From an archaeon (lineage in GTDB: Archaea > Iainarchaeota > Iainarchaeia > Iainarchaeales > 1-14-0-10-31-34), in contig JAJRVL010000004.1 of NCBI GenBank assembly GCA_024277355.1, positions 420,001 through 452,000 on the forward strand: a DNA stretch of 32,000 nucleotides. The letters are read 5' to 3'. The translations under genes and the position numbers were made by a program. Position 1 is the first letter of the stretch. Every line of letters starts with the position of its first letter. Below the pieces are notes generated by a model. That model was not told where the DNA came from. It searched no databases and saw only the letters and a list, made by a program, of their open reading frames with translations. Of this stretch, positions 24,919 through 32,000 are shown one piece after another.

Positions 24919-25885
24919 TTTCTAATTTAAATAATGCAGCAATAACTAAACTAAATAAAGTTGGAATAACTAATCTTACAAAATCAAATATAATTAATAC
25001 TGCTCCAATTTCAGGCAAAGAAAGCTGTTCATTAACAAACCAAGGAATAGACAAAAAAGTTAAACCTGCAAATTCAACTAAACCTATTCCTCTTGGAAGA
25101 AAAGGAGTTCTTTCTAAAACAGAAATAATAACAAACAATACAAGCAAAGGAACAAAATCAATTGAAACATTAACAGAAGAAAAACTTAAATTAAAAGCAA
25201 AAAACTCAAAAAAATAAGAAATCAATGAAACAAAAAGAATAATAAAAAAAGACTTCAAAGTTAACTGTCTTAAATTTTTTGAATAATCTTCAAAAAAATT
25301 TTCTAAATGTGCAAACAAAGGAATATTTTTTGAAAGAAAACCAAAAAAAGAAGTAATCATTAAAGCAAATCTTTTATTTAAAGGTAAAACAAAAAATAAT
25401 ATTACAATAGTTATTCCAAAAAAACCACTTAACAATGCAAGAAACATTGTTGAATCTAATTCTGCTTTAGAAACAAAAGTAATTAAAATAAAAAGGAAAA
25501 AAATTGCAAGAATAATAAATTTTGTTCCTTTAACAATCATTGAAGAAGAAATAGAAGTATTATATGGAATTTGAAAAAAACTTTTTAATTTAATTGAACG
25601 TAAAGCTTCAGCTCCAAATTGAACAGGAGTCAACGCTCCATACAAAGAACTAAAACCAACAATAAATAAATTCTGGTAACTTACACTTGAATGTTTTCTG
25701 ATTAAAAAAGCCCATGAAACAAGCCAGACAAAAACAGAAAACAAAAAAGCAATACAGGCTAAAACAAAAAACAATAAATCAATTTTAAGTAATTCAATAT
25801 GCGCATTAGTCCAGAACAAAACAACCGTAATAACTGCAATAAAAAAAATTAAGGAAACAACAGATTTTTTAATGAAATTTTCCAT
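24908..25885 (-). CDS. Polytopic membrane protein (possibly UPF0104/flippase-like)
   Basis: It has about 8 hydrophobic segments and no motif I can assign with certainty. The ATG at 25885 is preferred over the TTG at 25906. Its 3' end overlaps the convergent GT4 gene by 11 nt. Confidence 0.45.
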   Translation of the reverse strand: MENFIKKSVVSLIFFIAVITVVLFWTNAHIELLKIDLLFFVLACIAFLFSVFVWLVSWAFLIRKHSSVSYQNLFIVGFSSLYGALTPVQFGAEALRSIKLKSFFQIPYNTSISSSMIVKGTKFIILAIFFLFILITFVSKAELDSTMFLALLSGFFGITIVILFFVLPLNKRFALMITSFFGFLSKNIPLFAHLENFFEDYSKNLRQLTLKSFFIILFVSLISYFFEFFAFNLSFSSVNVSIDFVPLLVLFVIISVLERTPFLPRGIGLVEFAGLTFLSIPWFVNEQLSLPEIGAVLIIFDFVRLVIPTLFSLVIAALFKLEIKD

Positions 25886-25895
25886 AAAAAAACCT

Positions 25896-26507
25896 TTAAG
25901 ACGCAACTGAATGCAAAATACTATTTATTTTGTCAGTAATTTCCTTTGAATTAGAATACATTGCAGTAAAAATCTGCTGTAAAATAACTAAACCTTCTTC
26001 TTTTTTTGTTGGTTTAATTACAACAGAATTATTATACATTTCAACTGAAGGTTTATTTCCTTCAGGGAACTTAATTATAAACTGGAATTCAGTTGAATTT
26101 TCAATTAAATTATTACACTGTCTTTTAGTTAATTTTTCATTTTGAGAAGTGTTGCCAAAATTTGTCTGGCAGTAATCTATATTGCCTTGTTCATCTAATA
26201 CAATTATAAGAGAAGAAACAAATTTTCCTGTAGCAGAAAAAATACCTGAAGCTAAAGCAATCTGACTTGAAATATAAGGCAAATTAACTTCTTCTGAATC
26301 TAATTCAGTTATAATTAGAAAACTGTTTCTTTCTTTTACTGTTTCAGAAAAATATTTTTGAGGAAAAGAAAAAGAATTTGAATAAAAAGTTATTCCGTTA
26401 ATTTCTTCTGCATAAACAAATTCTTTTTCAGGAATAATAAAATAAATCCCTGCAAAAACAAAAATTAATATTACTAAAAGTAATGCAATTATATTATTTC
26501 TTTCCAT
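25896..26507 (-). CDS. Hypothetical N-terminally membrane-anchored (probably extracellular) protein
   Basis: A 203-aa ORF with a single N-terminal TM helix (IIALLLVILIFVFAGIYFII). It lies directly downstream of the S-layer gene on the same strand. Confidence 0.5.
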   Translation of the reverse strand: MERNNIIALLLVILIFVFAGIYFIIPEKEFVYAEEINGITFYSNSFSFPQKYFSETVKERNSFLIITELDSEEVNLPYISSQIALASGIFSATGKFVSSLIIVLDEQGNIDYCQTNFGNTSQNEKLTKRQCNNLIENSTEFQFIIKFPEGNKPSVEMYNNSVVIKPTKKEEGLVILQQIFTAMYSNSKEITDKINSILHSVAS

Positions 26508-26565
26508 ATACTATAAAAATTAGGCAAAATAATTTAAAATAAAACTATACTGTAAGCTGAATTAA

Positions 26566-26602
26566 AATAAAAAAAAAAGAAAAAGGGTAGGATTAACCTA
26601 CC
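26566..26602 (-). terminator. Hairpin plus T-run downstream of the S-layer gene
   Basis: The minus strand reads GGTAGG-TTAAT-CCTACC followed by CTTTTTCTTTTTTTTTT, beginning 10 nt after the stop codon. Confidence 0.55.
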
Positions 26603-26612
26603 TTTGTTTTAT

Positions 26613-29453
26613 TTACAAGTTTTCTATTGCGTCGATTAATTCTTGTGCTGCTGAACCTGTGTCAGATCCGGTGTATCCTGCAACAACTATGTCTCCTGTG
26701 CTGGTTTTTTCAGCAACATAGTCTCCTGTTTTGGTTAACTTTGATTTCAAAGTTGAACCGTCTGCAAGAGTTACTCCTTCAGCCAATTTGTTGACTTTCC
26801 ATGCACCAACAATTACGTGTGTTGCTGCTGATGGATTTACGTCATCTACTACAAGGTTTCTTGCAGTTAATGGCTGCATATAAGTTGTTGGAGTTACACT
26901 ACAGCTTCCTGTACCGGTTCCTGTTCCGCCACCACAAGTTGCATTATAGTTGACTTTTGTTACAGTGACTCTTGTTCCGCCAGTAGTACTTCCTGTTTCG
27001 CCTTCAGCTACAGTTAAGTCTTCTCCGCCTGAAACAGTTGTAGTTGTTCCTGTTCCTGAGATTAAAACTTCTGCTTGAGGTCTGTTTTCTGGTAAGGTAA
27101 TTTTATATTTGTGGTCGTTTAGTTCAATTTTTGAACCAAAGTCAGTGTATGCTGTTGAAGGATAAGTTGAAGTAGTGCTTTCGCTGACGAATTTTGCTCC
27201 GCCGTTATAGTCTCCTTCTGCAGTATAGGTACTTAATTGAGTGTTTGGTAATGCAATTAAGTTACCTGTTCCTGTGTCAACATAGAAGTTCATGTCGTCA
27301 ACTGAGTCTTCATCCTGGTCAATCTGGAACATTGCAACAAAGTATTCGTTTGAGTTGTAGTTTGCGTCACCTTCCATTAAGGCAGGCAAATACTGGCTGT
27401 GTGGCAAGTAGAATCCATAGTTGTTTATTCCTGCTTGTGTTTGGGTCATTCCACCACTTGTAAAGTTTTGGTCTTCTGTTGTGTCGGTTCCTACAAAGTC
27501 CCATCTTTTACTGTATTGGATGGTTTTTGTTTGTGCATCAAAGAATAACCATAGTCTTGATGTTGAACCGATTTCATCAACCATTACTTCATAGTCGTGT
27601 GTTACTGAACTGGCACCTTCAAAGCTGATTGCTGCATTGTTTCCATAGTTCTGGTCAACATAGTAGAATTCCTGTATTAAGGTTCCACTTGAAGTGTCTT
27701 TTCTGAAAGTGACGTTTCCGTCTGCTGTCAAATAAACACCTGTGTTTGCATCATCAATTCCTGAAACTAAGAACTGCATTCCGTTAATGTCAATTCTTTG
27801 TCCAACGTTAACATCTGTTCCGTTAATTTTTACGTTGTTTCCAGTAAGAGTTGTGCCTGTTGCTGGAGAACTGTTTGCGTCTGTTACAAAAACTAATTCT
27901 CCGTTGATGTAGTTCTGGTCACCAATAAGGTCGTACTTTGTTCCTGAACCGTCTGCTGAAGTGCTTGCAAACAAGTTTGAGTCTGTTGAGTTAAGTTTAT
28001 ACCAGATTGTTTTTCCGTCAATTGTAGTTGTGTCGGTTGATTCGTCTGACATAGACTGGCTCAAGACATACAAAGGAACTGTGTGGTCTGCTTCATAAGT
28101 TGAATCCTTATATTTTAAGTTTCCGTCTTCTAAGCTTACAACAGTTGTTATTTCTGTTTTTGACACTCCGGTAAATTCAGGTAACTGAAGTCCAAGGAAT
28201 TTAAGTGTTCCTAAGTCTTCTGGGAATTTTGCTTCTTGTCCTACAAGTAATGCATCAGTTCCAACAAAGTCATAAGTTGACTTGTTTGTAATGTTTACAT
28301 CTACAAGATAGTTTGTGTCGCTTCCTCCCCATCCTAATTTTACAGTCCAATCATAGTCGTCGTCTGTTTTAGTTGAGTCAAAAGGATATCCTTTGTCATT
28401 CTTTAGTAAGATTCTTGCGTTTCCTACTAAGATTGTTGGTGTATAAACATCTACATCTGATACAGTTGTTTTTAGGATTTCGCTTATGTTAACTAAAGTA
28501 CTTAGAACTGCTTGTCCTGTGTCATCACTGTAAAATACTACGTCTCCTGCTGGAAAGTTTTCGGATTTTACTAAGGTTCCATCTTCTTTGTATAAAGCCA
28601 AAGTGATTTTGTTTGTTGAACCTACTACTCCTCCTCTTCCTACTTCAACATAGTATTTTTCTCCGTCATAACCTTCTAAATCGGTTATTCTGTCTCCTTC
28701 ACTGTATTGTTTTTCGCCTGATGTTTTGATTAATTCAACCTGACTTGAAGTAACGCTTTTGACTAAATAGTCTGATCCAAAGAATGGAATTCTAACGTTA
28801 TCATTTGCGTCATCAGCAAAGTTTGTTGCTACAGTCATTGCATCATATCTTGGAATTCCTGAACCTAAGTTCAAGTTATATTTCAAGTTATTTGTTGCAA
28901 TTTCTGCTACTAATGCTTTGTTTGTTACGTCATCAAACTTTACGTCTGCAGTAAAGTAAAGTCTTTCTTGGATTGCTGTAGTGTATTGTGTTCCATTATA
29001 AGTGTATGATTTTGAACCATTGTAATATAATGATGGAACATTTGATTCACTTACTGACTGGTTGTTGAAGTTTGCTTCCTGTCCAACTGAGTCTGAACTC
29101 ATGTTGTTGAAAAAGGTTTTTCCTCCTGAGACAGTGGTTGTTCCTCCAACACTTAAGTCAACAGTTAAACCATCAACTGATGGAGTTGCTCCTCCGGAAC
29201 AGTCTGCTGTACCTACTGCAACTTGTTTTTCTGTATAGGCTTTTTGTCCTATTGCTACTGCAATATTTCCTGCCCATACTGCGTCGCTTACAGATGCTTT
29301 TTTACCAACAACAACATCTACTTTGACTCCTGAATCAGAAACTAAATCTGATTTGTCCAAAGAGATTGCTGAAGCCATTGGTGCTAAAGCAGAACCAACT
29401 AATGCTGCTCCTGCTGCAATTGCTGCAAGCTTTTTTATGTTAAGATTTCTCAT
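26613..29453 (-). CDS. S-layer protein (Methanococcales-type S_layer_N/S_layer_C architecture)
   Basis: A 946-aa ORF with the signal peptide MRNLNIKKLAAIAAGAALVGSALAPMASA. N-terminal VDVVVGKKASVSDAVWAGNIAVAIG and C-terminal HVIVGAWKVNKLAEG...IVVAGYTGSDT resemble archaeal S-layer end domains. The protein is T/S/G/N/D-rich with about 13 N-x-S/T sequons and has no C-terminal TM or PGF-CTERM. A strong SD is present. The gene is visibly GC-richer than its neighbours. Confidence 0.75.
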   Translation of the reverse strand: MRNLNIKKLAAIAAGAALVGSALAPMASAISLDKSDLVSDSGVKVDVVVGKKASVSDAVWAGNIAVAIGQKAYTEKQVAVGTADCSGGATPSVDGLTVDLSVGGTTTVSGGKTFFNNMSSDSVGQEANFNNQSVSESNVPSLYYNGSKSYTYNGTQYTTAIQERLYFTADVKFDDVTNKALVAEIATNNLKYNLNLGSGIPRYDAMTVATNFADDANDNVRIPFFGSDYLVKSVTSSQVELIKTSGEKQYSEGDRITDLEGYDGEKYYVEVGRGGVVGSTNKITLALYKEDGTLVKSENFPAGDVVFYSDDTGQAVLSTLVNISEILKTTVSDVDVYTPTILVGNARILLKNDKGYPFDSTKTDDDYDWTVKLGWGGSDTNYLVDVNITNKSTYDFVGTDALLVGQEAKFPEDLGTLKFLGLQLPEFTGVSKTEITTVVSLEDGNLKYKDSTYEADHTVPLYVLSQSMSDESTDTTTIDGKTIWYKLNSTDSNLFASTSADGSGTKYDLIGDQNYINGELVFVTDANSSPATGTTLTGNNVKINGTDVNVGQRIDINGMQFLVSGIDDANTGVYLTADGNVTFRKDTSSGTLIQEFYYVDQNYGNNAAISFEGASSVTHDYEVMVDEIGSTSRLWLFFDAQTKTIQYSKRWDFVGTDTTEDQNFTSGGMTQTQAGINNYGFYLPHSQYLPALMEGDANYNSNEYFVAMFQIDQDEDSVDDMNFYVDTGTGNLIALPNTQLSTYTAEGDYNGGAKFVSESTTSTYPSTAYTDFGSKIELNDHKYKITLPENRPQAEVLISGTGTTTTVSGGEDLTVAEGETGSTTGGTRVTVTKVNYNATCGGGTGTGTGSCSVTPTTYMQPLTARNLVVDDVNPSAATHVIVGAWKVNKLAEGVTLADGSTLKSKLTKTGDYVAEKTSTGDIVVAGYTGSDTGSAAQELIDAIENL

Positions 29454-29461
29454 AGTTTATT

Positions 29462-29468
29462 TCACCTC
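29462..29468 (-). promoter_or_regulatory. Shine-Dalgarno sequence of the S-layer gene
   Basis: The minus strand reads GAGGTGA 8 nt upstream of the ATG. The same GAGGTG(A) motif precedes acs and the 9539 sORF. Confidence 0.5.
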
Positions 29469-29788
29469 ACGATTTGAAATCAAAAAAAAGAACCCGACAA
29501 TTAAAAACTTCATTCCATACAAAGGAAGCAGTCTTCTAACTAAAGGCTCTAATATTGAATATAATGTTTTATTTAAATAGCTTTCTATTTTGGAAAACGA
29601 ACAAAACCCCTTAAAACAGCCAAACAAGGGCTTTTTTTGGAGAATTGTTGAATTTTGCTTCGTGTATTGACGAAAAGATTTTTTTGTTTTATTCAGAGAA
29701 TTTCACCTTAAAAAATATAATTTATTTTAATTATTTTTTATGAATTTTTCATACAATTTTGTTTGCTGAATATTTCAGTTTTTTTTGG

Positions 29789-30424
29789 TTATTCGTATAA
29801 TTTTCTGTTGAATTCAGTTAATTCTTCTTGGTTTAAGTGTTTTGCAATATATTCAGTGTAAGAATGAACTACATCTGAAATTAAAATTAATCCATCCTGT
29901 AATTCTCCTGCTTCAAATTCAAGTTTTTCTGGTTTAATTACTTCAACTGAAATAGGGCCATATAAAAACATTAATCTCATTAAAGCATGAAAATCTTTTA
30001 TTGAAAGGTTTATATCCAAATAAGAAGAATAATGTTCTTCTTGTTTGATTGGGTTTACTTCAATTATGTCATAAATAGTAAAAACTTCTTCTTTTTTGAT
30101 TGTTTCTTTTATTTCTTTTAACTGTTTTTTAAGCAGTGTTTCTTCAATTGCTAATACTTCAATTGTAATTCTTAATCTTAATTTGTTTTTATCTGTTTCT
30201 GCAATCATTTTTCTCTTCCTCACAGCGTCATATATTTCTTTTTTTAATGAATATTTTGTAGGAAAACCTTGTTTTGAGATTACTCCTAATTTAAGCATTC
30301 CTTTTAGTTCTGTCAGTAATTTGTCATAAGGAATATTTAATTGCTGTCTTAAATCTTCTGTTGTTTTTGGTTCATGAAGAATAAGCACAGAAATTTTTTT
30401 CTGGTTTTCAGTAAACCTTGCCAT
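29789..30424 (-). CDS. Putative winged-helix DNA-binding protein with an uncharacterised C-terminal domain
   Basis: The N-terminal ~65 aa (ENQKKISVLILHEPKTTEDLRQQLNIPYDKLLTELKGMLKLGVISKQGFPTKYSL) look like an ArsR/MarR-type wHTH. I do not recognise the rest. I chose the ATG at 30424 (MARFTENQ) over the TTG at 30439. Confidence 0.45.
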   Translation of the reverse strand: MARFTENQKKISVLILHEPKTTEDLRQQLNIPYDKLLTELKGMLKLGVISKQGFPTKYSLKKEIYDAVRKRKMIAETDKNKLRLRITIEVLAIEETLLKKQLKEIKETIKKEEVFTIYDIIEVNPIKQEEHYSSYLDINLSIKDFHALMRLMFLYGPISVEVIKPEKLEFEAGELQDGLILISDVVHSYTEYIAKHLNQEELTEFNRKLYE

Positions 30425-30508
30425 TAGTAATAAAGGCAAAAAATTGTTTAAAAAGCTTTACTAAAGGAAAAGAATTTAAATAGATAAAAAATAAGTGTTA
30501 ATGGTATC

Positions 30509-30796
30509 ATGGTTTTTGAGGACTTAACTAATACTGCAGGCGAAACTGCAGGAAATTTTATTGGAGACCCTTCAATTTTAGTTATAGGAATAGTATTAAT
30601 TATTGCTGCAATAATTATTTTTACTGTATTAAAAAAAATAATTGTAAACTCTATTTTAGGTTTAATTGTGTTTGGAATAATTCATTTTGTTGTTGGAATT
30701 AATTTGCCTTTTATTCCTACTTTAATTGTTACCGCTATTTTTGGTTTAGCAGGAATAGGCGTAATGCTGGTACTGCATTTTTTAGCAATACTATAA
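30509..30796 (+). CDS. Small membrane protein, possibly BofA-family
   Basis: A 95-aa ORF with three hydrophobic segments. NSILGLIVFGIIHFVVGINLPFIPTLIVTAIFGLAGIGVMLVL resembles BofA-like proteins, but the assignment is weak. Confidence 0.4.
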   Translation: MVFEDLTNTAGETAGNFIGDPSILVIGIVLIIAAIIIFTVLKKIIVNSILGLIVFGIIHFVVGINLPFIPTLIVTAIFGLAGIGVMLVLHFLAIL

Positions 30797-31789
30797 AACA
30801 AAATCAGTTTTTGCATTACAGTTTGAACATTTTTCTTTTTTTATTCCTTTTATTTCAGAATTAAAATAAAATCTTGAAACTAAAAGGTTTTTGCATTCAG
30901 GACAAAAAGAATTTTCTTCTTTTTTTAAGTTTCCTGCATAAACATATTTTACTTCTTTTTTTTCAGCTAAATCTTTTGCCTGCATTACAGTAAACGGAGA
31001 AGTTGAAGTAAGATAATCTAATTTATATTGAGGGTAAAAAGCAGTGAAATGCAAAGGAATTTTATTAGATAAAGATAAAACAAAATTTATTGTTTCTTCA
31101 AAAAATTCTTTTTTGTCATTAAAAGACGGAACAATTAAATAAGTTAATTCCAAATGAATTTTATTTTTGTAAATCCATTTAATATTTTCTTTTACTTCAT
31201 TAATGTCAATATTGCCGCAGACTTTTTTATAAAAATTTTCATTGCCTTTTAAATCAACATTAATTGCATCAAGATATTTTTTGCTTTCTTTTAATACTTC
31301 TTTTGTCATATAACCATTTGAAACAAATACATTAAACAAATTATTTTCTTTTGCTAATTTCATTATGTCTAAAGCATATTCAATGAAAATAGTTGGTTCA
31401 GTGTAAGTATAAGCTATTCCCTGAACTTTGTTTTTTAATGCTGATTCAATTACTTTTTCAGGAGAAGTAAACTTAATAGAATTAATCATTGATTCATCAA
31501 ACTCTTTTGAAATACTATAATTTTGACAATGCAGACAAGAAAAATTGCATCCAAAAGTACTTACTCCTAAAACTTTTGATGTTGGATGGAAATGAAATAA
31601 AGGTTTTTTTTCTATTGGATCAATTTCTGAAGTTAAATTTTTTCCGTAAACTAAAGAAATTAATTTTCCATTTAAATTCTTTCTAACTAAACAAAAACCT
31701 GCTTTTCCTTCAGGGATTACGCAGTGTCTTTTGCAGGCATTGCATTTGACTAAATTTTTTTCTTTATTCCAAAATAAAGCTTCTTTCAT
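30791..31789 (-). CDS. Radical SAM enzyme, AmmeMemoRadiSam-system type (PflA-like activase family)
   Basis: It has N-terminal CNACKRHCVIPEGKAGFCLVRKN, DPIEKKPLFHFHP and the radical-SAM cluster motif CNFSCLHCQN. The C-terminal CPEC...CSNC forms a Zn-ribbon-like pair. I chose the ATG at 31789 (MKEALFW) over the track start 31852. Confidence 0.75.
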   Translation of the reverse strand: MKEALFWNKEKNLVKCNACKRHCVIPEGKAGFCLVRKNLNGKLISLVYGKNLTSEIDPIEKKPLFHFHPTSKVLGVSTFGCNFSCLHCQNYSISKEFDESMINSIKFTSPEKVIESALKNKVQGIAYTYTEPTIFIEYALDIMKLAKENNLFNVFVSNGYMTKEVLKESKKYLDAINVDLKGNENFYKKVCGNIDINEVKENIKWIYKNKIHLELTYLIVPSFNDKKEFFEETINFVLSLSNKIPLHFTAFYPQYKLDYLTSTSPFTVMQAKDLAEKKEVKYVYAGNLKKEENSFCPECKNLLVSRFYFNSEIKGIKKEKCSNCNAKTDFVL

Positions 31790-31892
31790 AATAAAATAAT
31801 GAATTAAACAAGTTAAAATTAGTTTGATTGAATAAAAATTAAAAAAAAACAAGTAAATTCAATTAAAAAGTATTTGATTCTTTTTTTCTTTA

Positions 31893-32000
31893 ATGAGAGA
31901 GTTTGATTGCGATTTGCATTACCATAGTCCTTACTCTGTTGGAGTAAGCAAAAACATGTTAATTCCAATTATTGCAGAGCAGGCAGAACTAAAAGGATTA
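31893..32000 (+). CDS. Endonuclease Q-like / PHP-type protein, N-terminal 36 aa only (continues beyond the window)
   Basis: My own translation is MREFDCDLHYHSPYSVGVSKNMLIPIIAEQAELKGL. The DLHxHSxYSxxxSKxM..P.IAE.A.LKGL pattern matches the N-terminus of archaeal EndoQ as I recall it. Confidence 0.5.
   Translation, partial: MREFDCDLHYHSPYSVGVSKNMLIPIIAEQAELKGL

Noticed and set aside
27194-29580. Plus-strand ORFs 27194..27463, 29138..29326 and 29323..29580 opposite the S-layer gene and its leader
   Set aside because: These are artefacts of the GC-richer, stop-poor antisense strand of the S-layer gene. They have Leu/Gln/Arg-rich nonsense composition, and 29323..29580 runs through the S-layer signal peptide, SD and start.
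29605-29640. CCCTT...AAGGG hairpin followed by a T-run as a terminator
   Set aside because: The stem is only 5 bp with a 13-nt loop, which is too weak to call. It may still mark the 3' end of the wHTH gene transcript because of nearby T-runs.
29741-29777. Two TGAA-N3-TTCA inverted repeats (29741..29751, 29767..29777) as operator sites for the neighbouring wHTH protein
   Set aside because: 4-bp half-sites are expected by chance in DNA this AT-rich. The repeats sit at the 3' end of the wHTH gene, about 300 bp from the S-layer start, and nothing supports them.
1-32000. Search for CRISPR arrays, transposases, integrases, toxin-antitoxin pairs or known defence-system gene sets
   Set aside because: I saw no regularly spaced direct repeats, and no ORF has nuclease/ATPase/reverse-transcriptase/integrase motifs outside the intein. 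Apart from the items reported, the window reads as core chromosome.

Overview
Very AT-rich, tightly packed archaeal chromosomal window with short or overlapping intergenic spacers. The gene content includes Topo VI A/B, aRF1, Dph2, ribosomal protein L10e, archaeal-type UMP kinase, geranylgeranyl reductase, an EndoQ-like protein and a Methanococcales-type S-layer protein. Together with many small proteins and Lys-rich tails, this suggests a small-genome, DPANN-like archaeon (inference only). Most of the window is housekeeping: DNA topology and repair (top6B/top6A, AlkD-like, Mre11-like, EndoQ-like), acetate/PEP metabolism (ACD alpha, AMP-forming Acs, PpsA), tRNA and translation functions (ThiI, Trm11-like methyltransferase, TruD, tRNA-Cys, L10e, aRF1, Dph2) and cell envelope (GT4 transferase, polytopic membrane proteins, S-layer protein). 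I found no CRISPR array, transposase, toxin-antitoxin pair or recognisable defence operon, and no convincing new multi-gene system. Five items are not ordinary. (1) A 61-bp element occurs twice with 61/61 identity: once inside the intron of tRNA-Cys and once alone in an intergenic spacer 2.2 kb away. It has three arms that can form two mutually exclusive hairpins. (2) The tRNA-Cys(GCA) gene carries a 103-nt intron at the canonical 37/38 site with 3-4-3 bulge-helix-bulge geometry. (3) aRF1 is interrupted directly after its catalytic GGQ by a 503-aa intein carrying LAGLIDADG motifs plus an XRE-like HTH. (4) ThiI is present as two genes: a THUMP protein with a degenerate PP-loop, and a stand-alone intact PP-loop protein, separated by an untracked 54-aa membrane sORF. 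(5) Several small proteins combine metalloprotease-like motifs with strongly basic tails. All functional calls come from motif recognition by eye. No searches or folding programs were run.
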